From positions 1-61,597 of IMG/VR virus record IMGVR_UViG_3300022743_000214: a DNA stretch of 61,597 bases; one strand, given 5' to 3'. The notes under the pieces were generated by a model. It was not told the origin of the DNA, ran no database searches, and saw only the letters and a list, made by a program, of their open reading frames with translations. Each line of letters starts with the position of its first letter. Position 1 is the first letter of the stretch. Position numbers and translations under genes: made by a program. The DNA is from a virus. Taxonomy: Duplodnaviria; Caudoviricetes. Shown piece after piece: positions 47,064 to 56,121 of this stretch.

Positions 47064-48302
47064 TTAAGCGTCCTGGATGGCGAGTTCAGCCATCAAATCT
47101 CGGTTGGAGAGTACAGCTTTTTGTCCCGCATACTCTTCCCAGCGCTTGACAATCACATCCACAAACTTGGGATCGAGTTCCAGCAAGCGTGCCTGACGGT
47201 TGGTTTTTTCACAGGCAATAAGCGTGGTACCAGATCCGCCAAAGAGATCGAGCACGATGTCCCGGCTTTTGGATGAATTCTTGATTGCACGCTCCACCAA
47301 TTCCACAGGTTTCATGGTCGGATGCAAATCATTCACACGCGGTTTGTTGTAGTTCCAGATGTCAGACTGGTCACGGTCACCGCACCAGAAATGATCAGAG
47401 CCTTGCTTCCATCCATACAGAATGGGTTCGTATTGCCGCTGGTAGTCCGCACGTCCAAGCGTGAACGTGTTCTTGGCCCAAATCACAAAAGTGGACCACT
47501 TACCCCCTGCATCCAGCCAGGCCTTTTGCAAGGTGTGCAATTCGGATGAACTCATGCACACGTAGCAAGCGCCCTTGGTCACCAAGAGCAGATTGACACA
47601 GGCGTCGTAGAGGAATTTGTAAAACCCATCGCCCAAGGCATCGTTCAAGATGCGTCTGTCTTTGCCGCGCAACTTGTCTTTGGCACTGTTGCCATAGTCC
47701 ACGTTGTAGGGTGGATCGGTAAAAGCCATGTCAGCCAGTTCGCCACCCATGAGCTTTTCCACATCCGAGAGCATTGTGGAGTCACCACAAAGCAGGCGGT
47801 GGTTGCCAAGGATCCACAAGTCCCCAGGTCTGGAAACAGGATCTACTGGTGTCTCTGGGATTGCATCATCCTCGGTCAGACCACCGCCTTCTTCATTCAT
47901 GCCAAGCAACTCATCGAGTTCCTTGTCGCTAAAGCCCATCAACTCCAGATCGAAATCGGCTGACTTGAGTTCAGCCAACTCGAGCTTCAAGAGTTCCTGA
48001 TCCCAGCCTGCGTTTTCTGCCAAACGGTTGTCAGCCAGGATGTAGGCCTTCTTTTGCTCAGGCGTGAGATGGGACAGCTCGATAACTGGCACCTCATTGA
48101 GTTCAAGCTTTCTGGCAGCAAGTAATCGACCATGTCCCGCGATCAGGCCTTTGTCACCATCCACCAAAATTGGATTGGTCCAGCCGAACTCGGCAATCGA
48201 TGCTGCGATTTGTGCCACTTGGGCGTCACTGTGGGTCCTGGCGTTGCGCGCGTAAGGCACGAGCGCACTCACTGGGACCATTCGGATCTCAGGTTGGTTC
48301 AT
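47064..48302 (-). CDS. ParB-like N-domain fused to an N6/N4 DNA methyltransferase
   Basis: PYARNARTH, IAGHGR, ADNR; HRLLCGDS, TDPPY, HPTMKP, DLFGGSGTT. Confidence 0.92.
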   Translation of the reverse strand: MNQPEIRMVPVSALVPYARNARTHSDAQVAQIAASIAEFGWTNPILVDGDKGLIAGHGRLLAARKLELNEVPVIELSHLTPEQKKAYILADNRLAENAGWDQELLKLELAELKSADFDLELMGFSDKELDELLGMNEEGGGLTEDDAIPETPVDPVSRPGDLWILGNHRLLCGDSTMLSDVEKLMGGELADMAFTDPPYNVDYGNSAKDKLRGKDRRILNDALGDGFYKFLYDACVNLLLVTKGACYVCMSSSELHTLQKAWLDAGGKWSTFVIWAKNTFTLGRADYQRQYEPILYGWKQGSDHFWCGDRDQSDIWNYNKPRVNDLHPTMKPVELVERAIKNSSKSRDIVLDLFGGSGTTLIACEKTNRQARLLELDPKFVDVIVKRWEEYAGQKAVLSNRDLMAELAIQDA

Positions 48303-48345
48303 AGGAGTAAGGAAATAAAATCACGGCCAAACAAAAAGTTCAACC

Positions 48346-48573
48346 GTGCAGATCAATGTGATTCGCGGGATCCTTGCCCGCAAAAGTTCAAACGAAACGA
48401 CCAGTGCAGAAACAGGCTTTGTGCCGTTAACTGCTGGGGTGTACCGAATCGGTTCGGAGGTCGAGGGTCGACTGGAAGTTCTTCGCGGAGAAAAACCAAC
48501 TGTGTACCTGCCGATGGAAAAGCTGCGTGAATACGAAGCCGCTGGCGAGATTGAAGTGATTCACACCCGTTGA
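48346..48573 (+). CDS. Possible small hypothetical protein
   Basis: 75-aa ORF with globular-looking composition filling an intergenic gap; weak RBS. Confidence 0.35.
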   Translation: MQINVIRGILARKSSNETTSAETGFVPLTAGVYRIGSEVEGRLEVLRGEKPTVYLPMEKLREYEAAGEIEVIHTR

Positions 48574-48752
48574 GTTGAATCTGCTCAGATGATCGTGAGC
48601 AATTGCTGCTTGCGTACATGTCTCGACCGTAGACAGAAATGTAGCTTCAAAACGCCCAAATGTTGCAGCGTGATTTGAGCCCTAAAGCCGCGCATTCCCT
48701 CTCGCCTTTTAATTGCGCCTCGCACTTACTTCAAATCACGCTAGAACACCCT

Positions 48753-49154
48753 CTAACGAATCACTACCGGTTTTGGTGGCTCATTGAGCTTGTCAGTCAC
48801 GAGCTGGATGTCTCGCTTCCAGCGCCTCCACGCTGTGGTGCGGTCACATCCAAAGCGCTTACCGATCTCGATCCAGTCAAAGCGCTTCGCACGCATCCAG
48901 ACCAGATGTCGCTCATCGAGCTCCAGCACCTGAACCCATTTCATGGCTTCAAGCATCAAGGCAATATCCTGGGGACTGGGTGGCGGCAAGCGATACAACC
49001 TGTCCCGATCAGGATAGGCCTCGAGTTCGCTGCGCACCACCACGGGCCAGGTACTCACATACCCTTGCACGGCAACACGGGGAAGTCGTCTGGCTGTACG
49101 TGCGGCTTCGCTAAAGCGAGCCGCAACAGTTTCAACTGTCCAGACCTCACCCAT
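48753..49154 (-). CDS. DUF6362-like putative late-gene regulator with C-terminal HTH
   Basis: WTVETVAARF.EA, LVWMRA..W.EIG.RFGC.RTTAWRRW; sits at the early/late boundary. Confidence 0.7.
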   Translation of the reverse strand: MGEVWTVETVAARFSEAARTARRLPRVAVQGYVSTWPVVVRSELEAYPDRDRLYRLPPPSPQDIALMLEAMKWVQVLELDERHLVWMRAKRFDWIEIGKRFGCDRTTAWRRWKRDIQLVTDKLNEPPKPVVIR

Positions 49155-49374
49155 GGGAGCCTCGCTTTGCATTCGATTGAGGGAGCTGGCCGTAAAGCCG
49201 CTCGCCAATGCTGCGAATCAACTGGCGCTCCAGAAAATTCAGGCGTGTGTCGTCTTCTGCAACCACAAGGATGTGTTGCTCTCGCCATCCCTGGCGTTTG
49301 GTAGCTTCAACATCCATGGCGCTGGCTTGCATGCGCCCAAGGGGCGATGTGTATCGAGGCTGGGGAATGTTCAT
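49147..49374 (-). CDS. Small hypothetical phage protein
   Basis: KRQGWREQHILVV..D.RL...ER...GERLYG; overlaps the next gene. Confidence 0.65.
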   Translation of the reverse strand: MNIPQPRYTSPLGRMQASAMDVEATKRQGWREQHILVVAEDDTRLNFLERQLIRSIGERLYGQLPQSNAKRGSHG

Positions 49375-49417
49375 TGAACACCCCCAATCGCAAATGGATC
49401 ATGCGCCGATGGGAAGG

Positions 49418-49489
49418 CAAATGCGTCGAATGACGCATTTGACGTTAGAAAACATTCCTTCTCTATATGCGCGTATGCGCGTACGCGTA
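49418..49489. repeat. Inverted repeat plus alternating purine-pyrimidine tract (candidate replication origin)
   Basis: CAAATGCGTC-GAAT-GACGCATTTG (49418-49441) and TATATGCGCGTATGCGCGTACGCGTA (49464-49489) just downstream of the primase gene. Confidence 0.45.
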
Positions 49490-49562
49490 GAGAACTACTG
49501 TTATGGAATGTCGGAAGCGTCAATACACCTGTGTTTGAATCCGATAGTTTCACTTTTATCTC

Positions 49563-51896
49563 CTAGTTGTCGTTGTACGGGTAGCTGCGAACAGGCAAAT
49601 TCGTAGGCTGTTTGATGTCGATTCCGGCAAAGCCGCGAACACCCATGGGGTTGCGCCACTTATCGAACCGTCGCGTGATCAGCGCATCCGAGAAACGGCG
49701 TTGCGTGCCGACAAACTCACCGCTCAACTCCGCCCACTGTTTCCAGTCGTTGAACAGCGTCACCGTGAGAGCCTTGTCGTTTGCACCGAACTTGCAGCGC
49801 TCATCCATCCAGCGCCCCATGGCGTCTTCTGCTTCGAAATACTCATCCGTGGCACTGGTCACGGAAAGCGGTTGGCTCAAGCCGTTTTGCTGCCAAAGCA
49901 AACAGCCCTGAAGCGCCCAGGCCAGGATGCCGTCACGCTCAGCGAGCAACTTCTCGGTAAGCAAGGGGTCACGCTTTTCTGGCGGCACTGTGATCGTGAA
50001 AGGGATCAAGTGCATGCGGCGTCGCATGGCCTCATCAATGTTGCGAATCGCTGGTTTGTGGTTGCCAGCAATCAGCAACTTGAACTGGGGTGGGTAGGTG
50101 AAGAAGTCCTGGTGCATCAGGCGTGCTGTCACCAAGTCGCCACCCGTGATGGCCTTGATCTTGGACTCGTTCCAGCGTCTGCCCTGCTCCGTTTCGGTGG
50201 CCGACACAAAGCGTGCACCACGCAATCCGGCCAGATCGGTAGGATGACGGTCCGAGCGCGTTTCCATGAACGTATCCATGGGTGCGTTGGCAGCATAGTC
50301 CCCCAGGATGGTGGAGATGACGTTGACGAAGACGGACTTGCCGTTTGCGCCTGTGCCATACAGAAAAAACAAAGCGTGCGTGCTGATGTCCCCTGTCAGG
50401 CAATAACCCACCACGCGTTGCAAGTACAGCTGCAATTCCTTGTCGCCACCTGTGACGTTCTCCAAGAAAGTCGCCCACACGGGGCTCTCCCCCTTAGGCG
50501 TGGCGGTGGTGACCTTGGTCATGCGGCGATCGCGCCTGTGTGGCCCCATTCCCCCGCGTTTGAGGTCAATGATTCCACCGGGTGTGTTCAGCAACCAGGG
50601 GTCACCATCCCACTCTTCCACCGTGGCACTGTGGCGTGGGTCTGAGCGCACGATGCGCTCAATCGCGGACATGGTGCCCGAGCTGGCCAACCTGGCTTTG
50701 AGCTTAGGGGTATCGGCTTTGTAGGAAGCCGCACGACAAACCGTTCGACTGAGGTGATGCACGTAGAGTGACTTGTCGATGTTCCAGCGCACACCGTTCC
50801 ACACCAGCCACTTGCCCCATGGTGCGCAGTACCGCCAGTCTTCGGCGTACTGCCGAGTGAATGCCATGGCCAGACCGTCCTCGGTGGTGTAGTCCAGCCC
50901 ATCCACGATGTCGGAAGCTGTGCTCTCTTCGGCTTGGCGTATCACGGGCATACGATCCCCTGCGGCCAAAAAGCCTGTGACATCAAAACCTTCCAGACGC
51001 GCGTCGGCCACATCCCATCCATCGGGTTTGTCTTCAGGCGGTTGCAGGATGGCGCAGCTGATGGCACCTGCCAGCAGGATCGCTTGCGATGCTCGGTCGG
51101 CGTAGTCCCATCCGGGTTTGTCGCGATCGGGCCAGATAAGCACATGCTTGCCTGCCAGTGGTGTCCAGTCGGTTTTGTCCACCGGCGCGTTGGCTCCGTG
51201 CATGGCTGTGGTGGCGCACACGCCCAACTCAATGAGCGCTTGCGCGCACTTTTCGCCCTCGACCAACACGATGCGCTCGGCGTACGAAATGTTGGGCTGG
51301 TTGAACAGCGGTCTGGGATCGGGTGGAGCCATCTTGCGGCGCTTCACATCCCACGGACGAAACTCCTTCTTGCCGGGCTCGGGGTCATAGCGATAGACCA
51401 CCGCGATCAATTTGCCTGCCGCATCCTGGTAGTCCCACTTGGCCGTGGCAGGTCCGAGCTCATCCACCACGGGCGTCTTAGTTTTGTCTTTGCCAGATAC
51501 GCGTTGCGGCTGCATGTCCACGCGTCCAAGCAAATCCTTGGCGCGTTTGAGCACCTCGGGGAAATGCGTCTGGACATTGATCTGGTAGTAACGCGCGATC
51601 AAATCAAAAATGTCACCACCTTCGCCTGTGGCGCGATCAGTCCACAGGCCTGCCTTGGGTCCTGAGAGCAATAGCTCCAAACTGTCTCCTGGGCCACCCA
51701 TCACATCGCCCACGAGGTACTTGGCGTTACGCCGTTTGCCAGCAGGCCAGATTTCGGTGACGAGGGTGCTCAGGCGATCTAGCAGCGCCTGCCGGATATC
51801 GGCCTTTTCGTTTGCACCATCCGCTTTGTCGGATTTGTCCTTGGAGGCGTTTGCCCGTCGAAACGACTCTTGGGCGGGGTCATTGAAATCAAGCAT
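49563..51896 (-). CDS. P4-family primase-helicase (Toprim + D5_N + SF3 helicase)
   Basis: VEGEKCA, WPDRDKPG, GWDVAD; LYGTGANGKS, K.ITGGD, NHKP; start MLDFND at 51896. Confidence 0.92.
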   Translation of the reverse strand: MLDFNDPAQESFRRANASKDKSDKADGANEKADIRQALLDRLSTLVTEIWPAGKRRNAKYLVGDVMGGPGDSLELLLSGPKAGLWTDRATGEGGDIFDLIARYYQINVQTHFPEVLKRAKDLLGRVDMQPQRVSGKDKTKTPVVDELGPATAKWDYQDAAGKLIAVVYRYDPEPGKKEFRPWDVKRRKMAPPDPRPLFNQPNISYAERIVLVEGEKCAQALIELGVCATTAMHGANAPVDKTDWTPLAGKHVLIWPDRDKPGWDYADRASQAILLAGAISCAILQPPEDKPDGWDVADARLEGFDVTGFLAAGDRMPVIRQAEESTASDIVDGLDYTTEDGLAMAFTRQYAEDWRYCAPWGKWLVWNGVRWNIDKSLYVHHLSRTVCRAASYKADTPKLKARLASSGTMSAIERIVRSDPRHSATVEEWDGDPWLLNTPGGIIDLKRGGMGPHRRDRRMTKVTTATPKGESPVWATFLENVTGGDKELQLYLQRVVGYCLTGDISTHALFFLYGTGANGKSVFVNVISTILGDYAANAPMDTFMETRSDRHPTDLAGLRGARFVSATETEQGRRWNESKIKAITGGDLVTARLMHQDFFTYPPQFKLLIAGNHKPAIRNIDEAMRRRMHLIPFTITVPPEKRDPLLTEKLLAERDGILAWALQGCLLWQQNGLSQPLSVTSATDEYFEAEDAMGRWMDERCKFGANDKALTVTLFNDWKQWAELSGEFVGTQRRFSDALITRRFDKWRNPMGVRGFAGIDIKQPTNLPVRSYPYNDN

Positions 51897-52221
51897 GCGC
51901 GACCCCGCCTTCCTGCGCTGTGGATTGCGCACGCAAGATCTCTCCAAGTTGCGCATGCCAGACGCGCAACTCATCCAGCCGGTAGCGAACCAGTTTGTTG
52001 ATGTAGTAATGCGGTATCTGGAGTTGCTTGCGCTTGTAGGGGTTGCGGAAATAATAAAAAGGCAAGTTGAAAGCCACAGCGGCCTGCTCTGAGGAAAGCA
52101 TGGTTTGCTTGAGCTCGTCGCGGCTTGGCGATCGCACAGGCAGTTCGATGTGAGCGCCCATGTGAACCGTCATGCTCGATGGGTGACTCGACGACATGGT
52201 GGTGTTGTTTAAGTTGGTCAT
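51889..52221 (-). CDS. Small HTH/excisionase-like DNA-binding protein
   Basis: MLSSEQAA...IPHYYINKLVRYRLDEL.W; GGGAGA RBS before ATG 52221. Confidence 0.65.
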   Translation of the reverse strand: MTNLNNTTMSSSHPSSMTVHMGAHIELPVRSPSRDELKQTMLSSEQAAVAFNLPFYYFRNPYKRKQLQIPHYYINKLVRYRLDELRVWHAQLGEILRAQSTAQEGGVAHA

Positions 52222-52326
52222 GGCAAAAGTTCTCCCTGCCAACCACTCGCGTGGTCGGCATCAGGTTTTGAAAATGGTTGAATTTGGTGTGGGTTAACGC
52301 GCAGCAGTGACTGCTGTGTTGCGGCC

Positions 52327-52761
52327 CTAGCCGTAAGGCGCATTCCCTAGTTGCATTCGCACAGGTGGGTACTTGCTCGCTTCGTGCGCTTGCACCATGG
52401 CCTCAACGTAGGTGGTGACCACCGCATCGATCAGTCGCAAAGCATCGCTTTGTGAGTACGAGCTCAACGGACGATCAATGCCGATTTCGTCAGCAGCCTC
52501 CCCCAAGGGTTTGAGGCATTGGTGCATCGCAGCCATTTCAGCTTCAGAAGGATCAATCACATGCACCCCCTGCGGGAAGGTTTGCGCATCGCTTTGACTG
52601 AGTGAGCGCATGCCCACTTCGTATAGCTTGTGAAAACACCGTTGGCAGCGTCGCGAACAAAACATCCAATCGACGGGGTAACGCTGAGCCCTCCCCACCT
52701 GAAAGCGAATGTCCGCGTGACCGTAGCCTCTGGCCTGTCGCGCGCAAACCCAGCACTTCAT
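52327..52761 (-). CDS. DUF6511-like Cys-motif phage protein
   Basis: MKCWVC.R.ARG, FCSRRCQ. Confidence 0.7.
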   Translation of the reverse strand: MKCWVCARQARGYGHADIRFQVGRAQRYPVDWMFCSRRCQRCFHKLYEVGMRSLSQSDAQTFPQGVHVIDPSEAEMAAMHQCLKPLGEAADEIGIDRPLSSYSQSDALRLIDAVVTTYVEAMVQAHEASKYPPVRMQLGNAPYG

Positions 52762-52797
52762 GACCGCACGTTTTAGCAACATAGTTCAACTGCTCGC

Positions 52798-53508
52798 TCA
52801 CTGCGCCCATGAAGGACGTCCTTGTGTACTGGGCACTCGGGTCTGCGTCGAATAGCCCGTGGGCGGGTAGTTGGAAGCTGGCTGATGCGCTGCGGGAGCA
52901 TGGGCTACAGGCACTGCAGCGGCAGGCGTTCCCCCGTTTGAGCCACCTTGCCCGTTGAGCACTTGCGCTCTGGCCAGAATCAGATCCGCATAGTCTTTGT
53001 GATCTGGCTCGATGACCATGCGGATGATGTTGCGCAACTCACCTTTGCCGTCTTTTTCGATCCCGATGCGTGCGGGGAATTCCACACCATCCAAATCTGC
53101 AAAGCCACGGATTTGTCGTGCATGGCCAGCTTCTGGCGAGTTGTCATCAGGATGGATGTTGCGCGAGCTGTTGAGCACAGCCTTGATGAAACTGCGCCCC
53201 ATCTGTCCCCATGTGGGTCCCTTGTTGGAATGCAAGCCCACATTGCTCCAGATCTTGCGCTTGGCGAATTGGCCATGCAAGACCACGAACTCGCAAGACA
53301 GAAAAACCGCGCCTGTTTCATGTGAAGCTGTTGCGTATCCACCCGTCCAACCTCGCTCGGGTTCATCGTAGCCACCAGGTTTGATGGTCATACGAACCAC
53401 CGCCTGGGTGTTTTTGGGGATCAGGTCAAAGCCACTTTGTTGGGCTTCGGCGTCGTTGAAGTCGTTCCAGCTGCTGGGTACGCCTTGAGGGTGCTGTTCT
53501 TGATACAT
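52798..53508 (-). CDS. Putative phage single-stranded DNA-binding protein
   Basis: WNDFNDA...FDLIPK, KRKIW, low-complexity tail ending PSWAQ. Confidence 0.65.
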   Translation of the reverse strand: MYQEQHPQGVPSSWNDFNDAEAQQSGFDLIPKNTQAVVRMTIKPGGYDEPERGWTGGYATASHETGAVFLSCEFVVLHGQFAKRKIWSNVGLHSNKGPTWGQMGRSFIKAVLNSSRNIHPDDNSPEAGHARQIRGFADLDGVEFPARIGIEKDGKGELRNIIRMVIEPDHKDYADLILARAQVLNGQGGSNGGTPAAAVPVAHAPAAHQPASNYPPTGYSTQTRVPSTQGRPSWAQ

Positions 53509-53549
53509 GTGTAAGTCCTATCTGTGAGATTTAGTGGATGGGATGGGGT

Positions 53550-54035
53550 TCAAAGCTGAACTTCGCCAACCCAACGAATCTGGAATTGGGGTTCAGTGAC
53601 CAGCTCTTTGCGAGCAGGCTGAAACGCAGCACGCAGCAGCGGATGCCATTTGGCGTAGTCCTGCTCCGAGACGGACAACTGCACGTCCATGAAGTCCTGC
53701 ACGCGGTCTCCTGCTGCGACCATGCGGTCTGCGATTTGAGTGAGGTGCACCTGATCCCAGACGATTTCTTTCTCTTGCGAGACATCGATCTGCAAATCTC
53801 CGTCGTCAATCCGAAACCGTGCGGACTCCTCTTCGCCCAGACTGTTCGCTTGTCGGATTTGTTCGTCGTAACGCAGCTCGAGCCCACGGTTGATACGCCC
53901 ACGCATTTGAATGGTCCAGTCATGGAGTTGTTGCACCGCATGGCTGAACTGGGCCAATTGGTCTTTGGGGAGTCGGCTGATCTGATTGGCCGAGAGATCA
54001 GGTAAAGCGGCTTGGTGGAGTTGGAGGTGATTCAT
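53550..54035 (-). CDS. Hypothetical early phage protein
   Basis: 161-aa ORF with AGGAG RBS; IVWDQ..L..IA motif. Confidence 0.65.
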   Translation of the reverse strand: MNHLQLHQAALPDLSANQISRLPKDQLAQFSHAVQQLHDWTIQMRGRINRGLELRYDEQIRQANSLGEEESARFRIDDGDLQIDVSQEKEIVWDQVHLTQIADRMVAAGDRVQDFMDVQLSVSEQDYAKWHPLLRAAFQPARKELVTEPQFQIRWVGEVQL

Positions 54036-54047
54036 CTCTGGCTCCTT

Positions 54048-54320
54048 TCAGCTGGCAACCCGTTGTGAAGTTGAGATGTGCTGCACGAAGTTCTCGTACG
54101 CAATCACGGCATTGATCGTGTAGGTCACTCGCTTGCCAAGCTTCAGGTAGTGAGGACCCCGGCCCTCAGTACGCCAGCGCTGCAAGGTCTTGGGACTCAT
54201 ACCCCAGCGAGAGGCCAGATCGGCTTCTGTCAGGACCAAGCGCTCCTGTGTCGGGGCCTGATCGATGGGGGACACAGGGAGGGAATTTCGCCCGGCTTGG
54301 GCAGGTGTTGCTAACCGCAT
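54048..54320 (-). CDS. HTH (AlpA/excisionase-like) regulator, first gene of the leftward early operon
   Basis: LTEADLASRWGMSPKTLQRWR..G.GP.YLKLGKRVTY; AGGAG RBS. Confidence 0.85.
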   Translation of the reverse strand: MRLATPAQAGRNSLPVSPIDQAPTQERLVLTEADLASRWGMSPKTLQRWRTEGRGPHYLKLGKRVTYTINAVIAYENFVQHISTSQRVAS

Positions 54321-54376
54321 ATTTACTCCTTTGATTCAGTAGAGGGACAACGGCTCTATTTCAGGAAATCAATGGA

Positions 54377-54430
54377 GAACTGATAAGGAACTGATTGGCG
54401 AACTTGTGCGATATCTCTAGTTCGCCAATC
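54377..54430. promoter_or_regulatory. Operator-like direct and inverted repeats in a divergent intergenic region
   Basis: GAACT at 54377, 54388 and 54400; perfect 12-bp IR GATTGGCGAACT-N14-AGTTCGCCAATC. Confidence 0.55.
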
Positions 54431-54546
54431 TTTGGTCCCATCAGTCCAGGTGAGACATATATAGCCATAAAGCAATAAATTAGTCGAGAAACTTGACAAC
54501 ACTCGCCGGAAGGTTACACTTAGTGCAACTTTCCGATGAGTCTTTC

Positions 54547-55095
54547 ATGAAACCTAGTCGGCAACTCATAGATACCATCAGCCAGCTGGCCACCCCGCAG
54601 GCTTGCCTGTTCACGCCTTCAGACTTGCGTTCGATTCTTCCCGACCACTCAGAAGTAGCGTTTAAAACACTCATGAGCCGGGCTGTCCGGGAGGGATACC
54701 TGACCAGGCTATGCCGTGGCTTGTATTTGTACGAAAAAGCGAATCCCGATCGCGGTTTGATCCTCCCGCATGCGGCAGCCAAACTACGCCCTCTCGGTTT
54801 GAATTACTTGAGTCTCGAAACCGTCCTAAGTGATGCAGGAGTCATTTCCCAAATTCCAATCAACCGCATCATGGTGATGTCTTCAGGGAGATCAGGCGTC
54901 ATTGACTGCGGTCGATGGGGAAGCATTGAGTTTGTCAAAACTCGACAACGACCAGAGGATCTCATTGGGAATATCGAGTACGACCCCAGAACGCGGCTTT
55001 GGAGAGCCAATGTTGCGCAAGCGCTCAGGGATATGCGAGCAACACACCGAAACCTAGATCTAATTGATTGGAAAGTAGCCCATGAGTTTGTTTGA
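54547..55095 (+). CDS. abiEi: Type IV TA antitoxin, AbiEi-like
   Basis: wHTH with RLCRGLY, YLSLETVLS..GVISQIP; overlaps the toxin gene. Confidence 0.8.
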   Translation: MKPSRQLIDTISQLATPQACLFTPSDLRSILPDHSEVAFKTLMSRAVREGYLTRLCRGLYLYEKANPDRGLILPHAAAKLRPLGLNYLSLETVLSDAGVISQIPINRIMVMSSGRSGVIDCGRWGSIEFVKTRQRPEDLIGNIEYDPRTRLWRANVAQALRDMRATHRNLDLIDWKVAHEFV

Positions 55096-55978
55096 CGAAC
55101 TAGTTGATGAAGCACTTAACAACAAACAAGAGTTAGCACCTCTGCGAGTCGTCGTGGAGAAAGAGCTTCTTCACCATGACATCCTGCGAGTGCTCAGCGG
55201 GGCAGGACTGCTCACCCAATTGACGTTTATCGGAGGAACTTGTCTTCGAGCATGCTACGGATCAAGCAGATTAAGTGAAGATTTGGATTTCACGGGTGGT
55301 GCAGACTTCACCCGAGATCAACTTGCAGCGATGAGCAACATCCTGATTGAAAGTCTCAAGACCAAGTATGGTCTGGAGATCAACGTTACAGATCCAGTGC
55401 GTGAAGAAGGCAACGTCGACACTTGGAAGCTCAAGGTTCAGACAAGACCAGGTCGCAAAGACATACCTGCTCAACGCATCAATATCGATGTGTGTGCCAT
55501 TCCTAGTTATCAACCCCGTCCGATGGCGCTACTGAATCCCTACGGCGTTGAAATGGGAACCAGCGGATTGATTCTCCAAGCGCAATCACGCGAAGAAATC
55601 TTTGCGGACAAGTTGGCAGCGTTTGCACTGCGTCCAAACAGGCTCAAAAACCGAGATCTATGGGACATTGCCTGGCTGCATCAGCAACAAATAAAACCAG
55701 CCTTGGACTTGATCAAGAACAAACTGAATGACCATCATGCGCAAACTGATGCTTACTTGAACGCATTTGCTGAACGTACTGCATCCTTGAACAAGGATCC
55801 AGAAATAGTGAAGGAATTTCGCAAAGAGATGGCTCGTTTTCTTCCCAACGAGACTGTGAAGGAAACCGTGAATTCAGAGCAGTTCTGGCATTACTTGAGC
55901 AACTTGATGGAGAGCTATCACCCGCAATTGATTCAAATACTTGAAGGACGCGAGAAATCTCCAGAATTCAAAATGTAA
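55082..55978 (+). CDS. abiEii: Type IV TA toxin, AbiEii nucleotidyltransferase
   Basis: VEKE, FIGGTCLR.CYG..RLSEDLDF, ADK..A, RDLWD. Confidence 0.88.
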   Translation: MSLFDELVDEALNNKQELAPLRVVVEKELLHHDILRVLSGAGLLTQLTFIGGTCLRACYGSSRLSEDLDFTGGADFTRDQLAAMSNILIESLKTKYGLEINVTDPVREEGNVDTWKLKVQTRPGRKDIPAQRINIDVCAIPSYQPRPMALLNPYGVEMGTSGLILQAQSREEIFADKLAAFALRPNRLKNRDLWDIAWLHQQQIKPALDLIKNKLNDHHAQTDAYLNAFAERTASLNKDPEIVKEFRKEMARFLPNETVKETVNSEQFWHYLSNLMESYHPQLIQILEGREKSPEFKM

Positions 55979-56121
55979 TCGACGCTTTAGGCAGGTTAAT
56001 TCCTCCTAATCTCTACCTCTGACAGGCTCAAGTTTTCGAGAAGGCTTCAATATGTTCTGTTCTATGAATCTAGGATGCCAGGATTTTGAATTTCAAAATT
56101 AACACGAATAAGAACCCTGCA

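Larger units (their letters stand above)
19795..54320 (-). mobile_element. Temperate siphovirus-like prophage (HK97-type head, lambda-like tail); boundaries approximate
   Basis: Colinear replication, packaging, head, tail and lysis modules on the minus strand; no integrase or att site identified in the window. Confidence 0.9.

Noticed and set aside
49371-49553. 60-aa ORF downstream of the primase
   Set aside because: Spans the repeat and alternating tract; better explained as a cis element, though translation is not excluded.
49701-51665. Plus-strand ORFs of 314 aa and 243 aa
   Set aside because: Antisense to the primase; no independent coding evidence.
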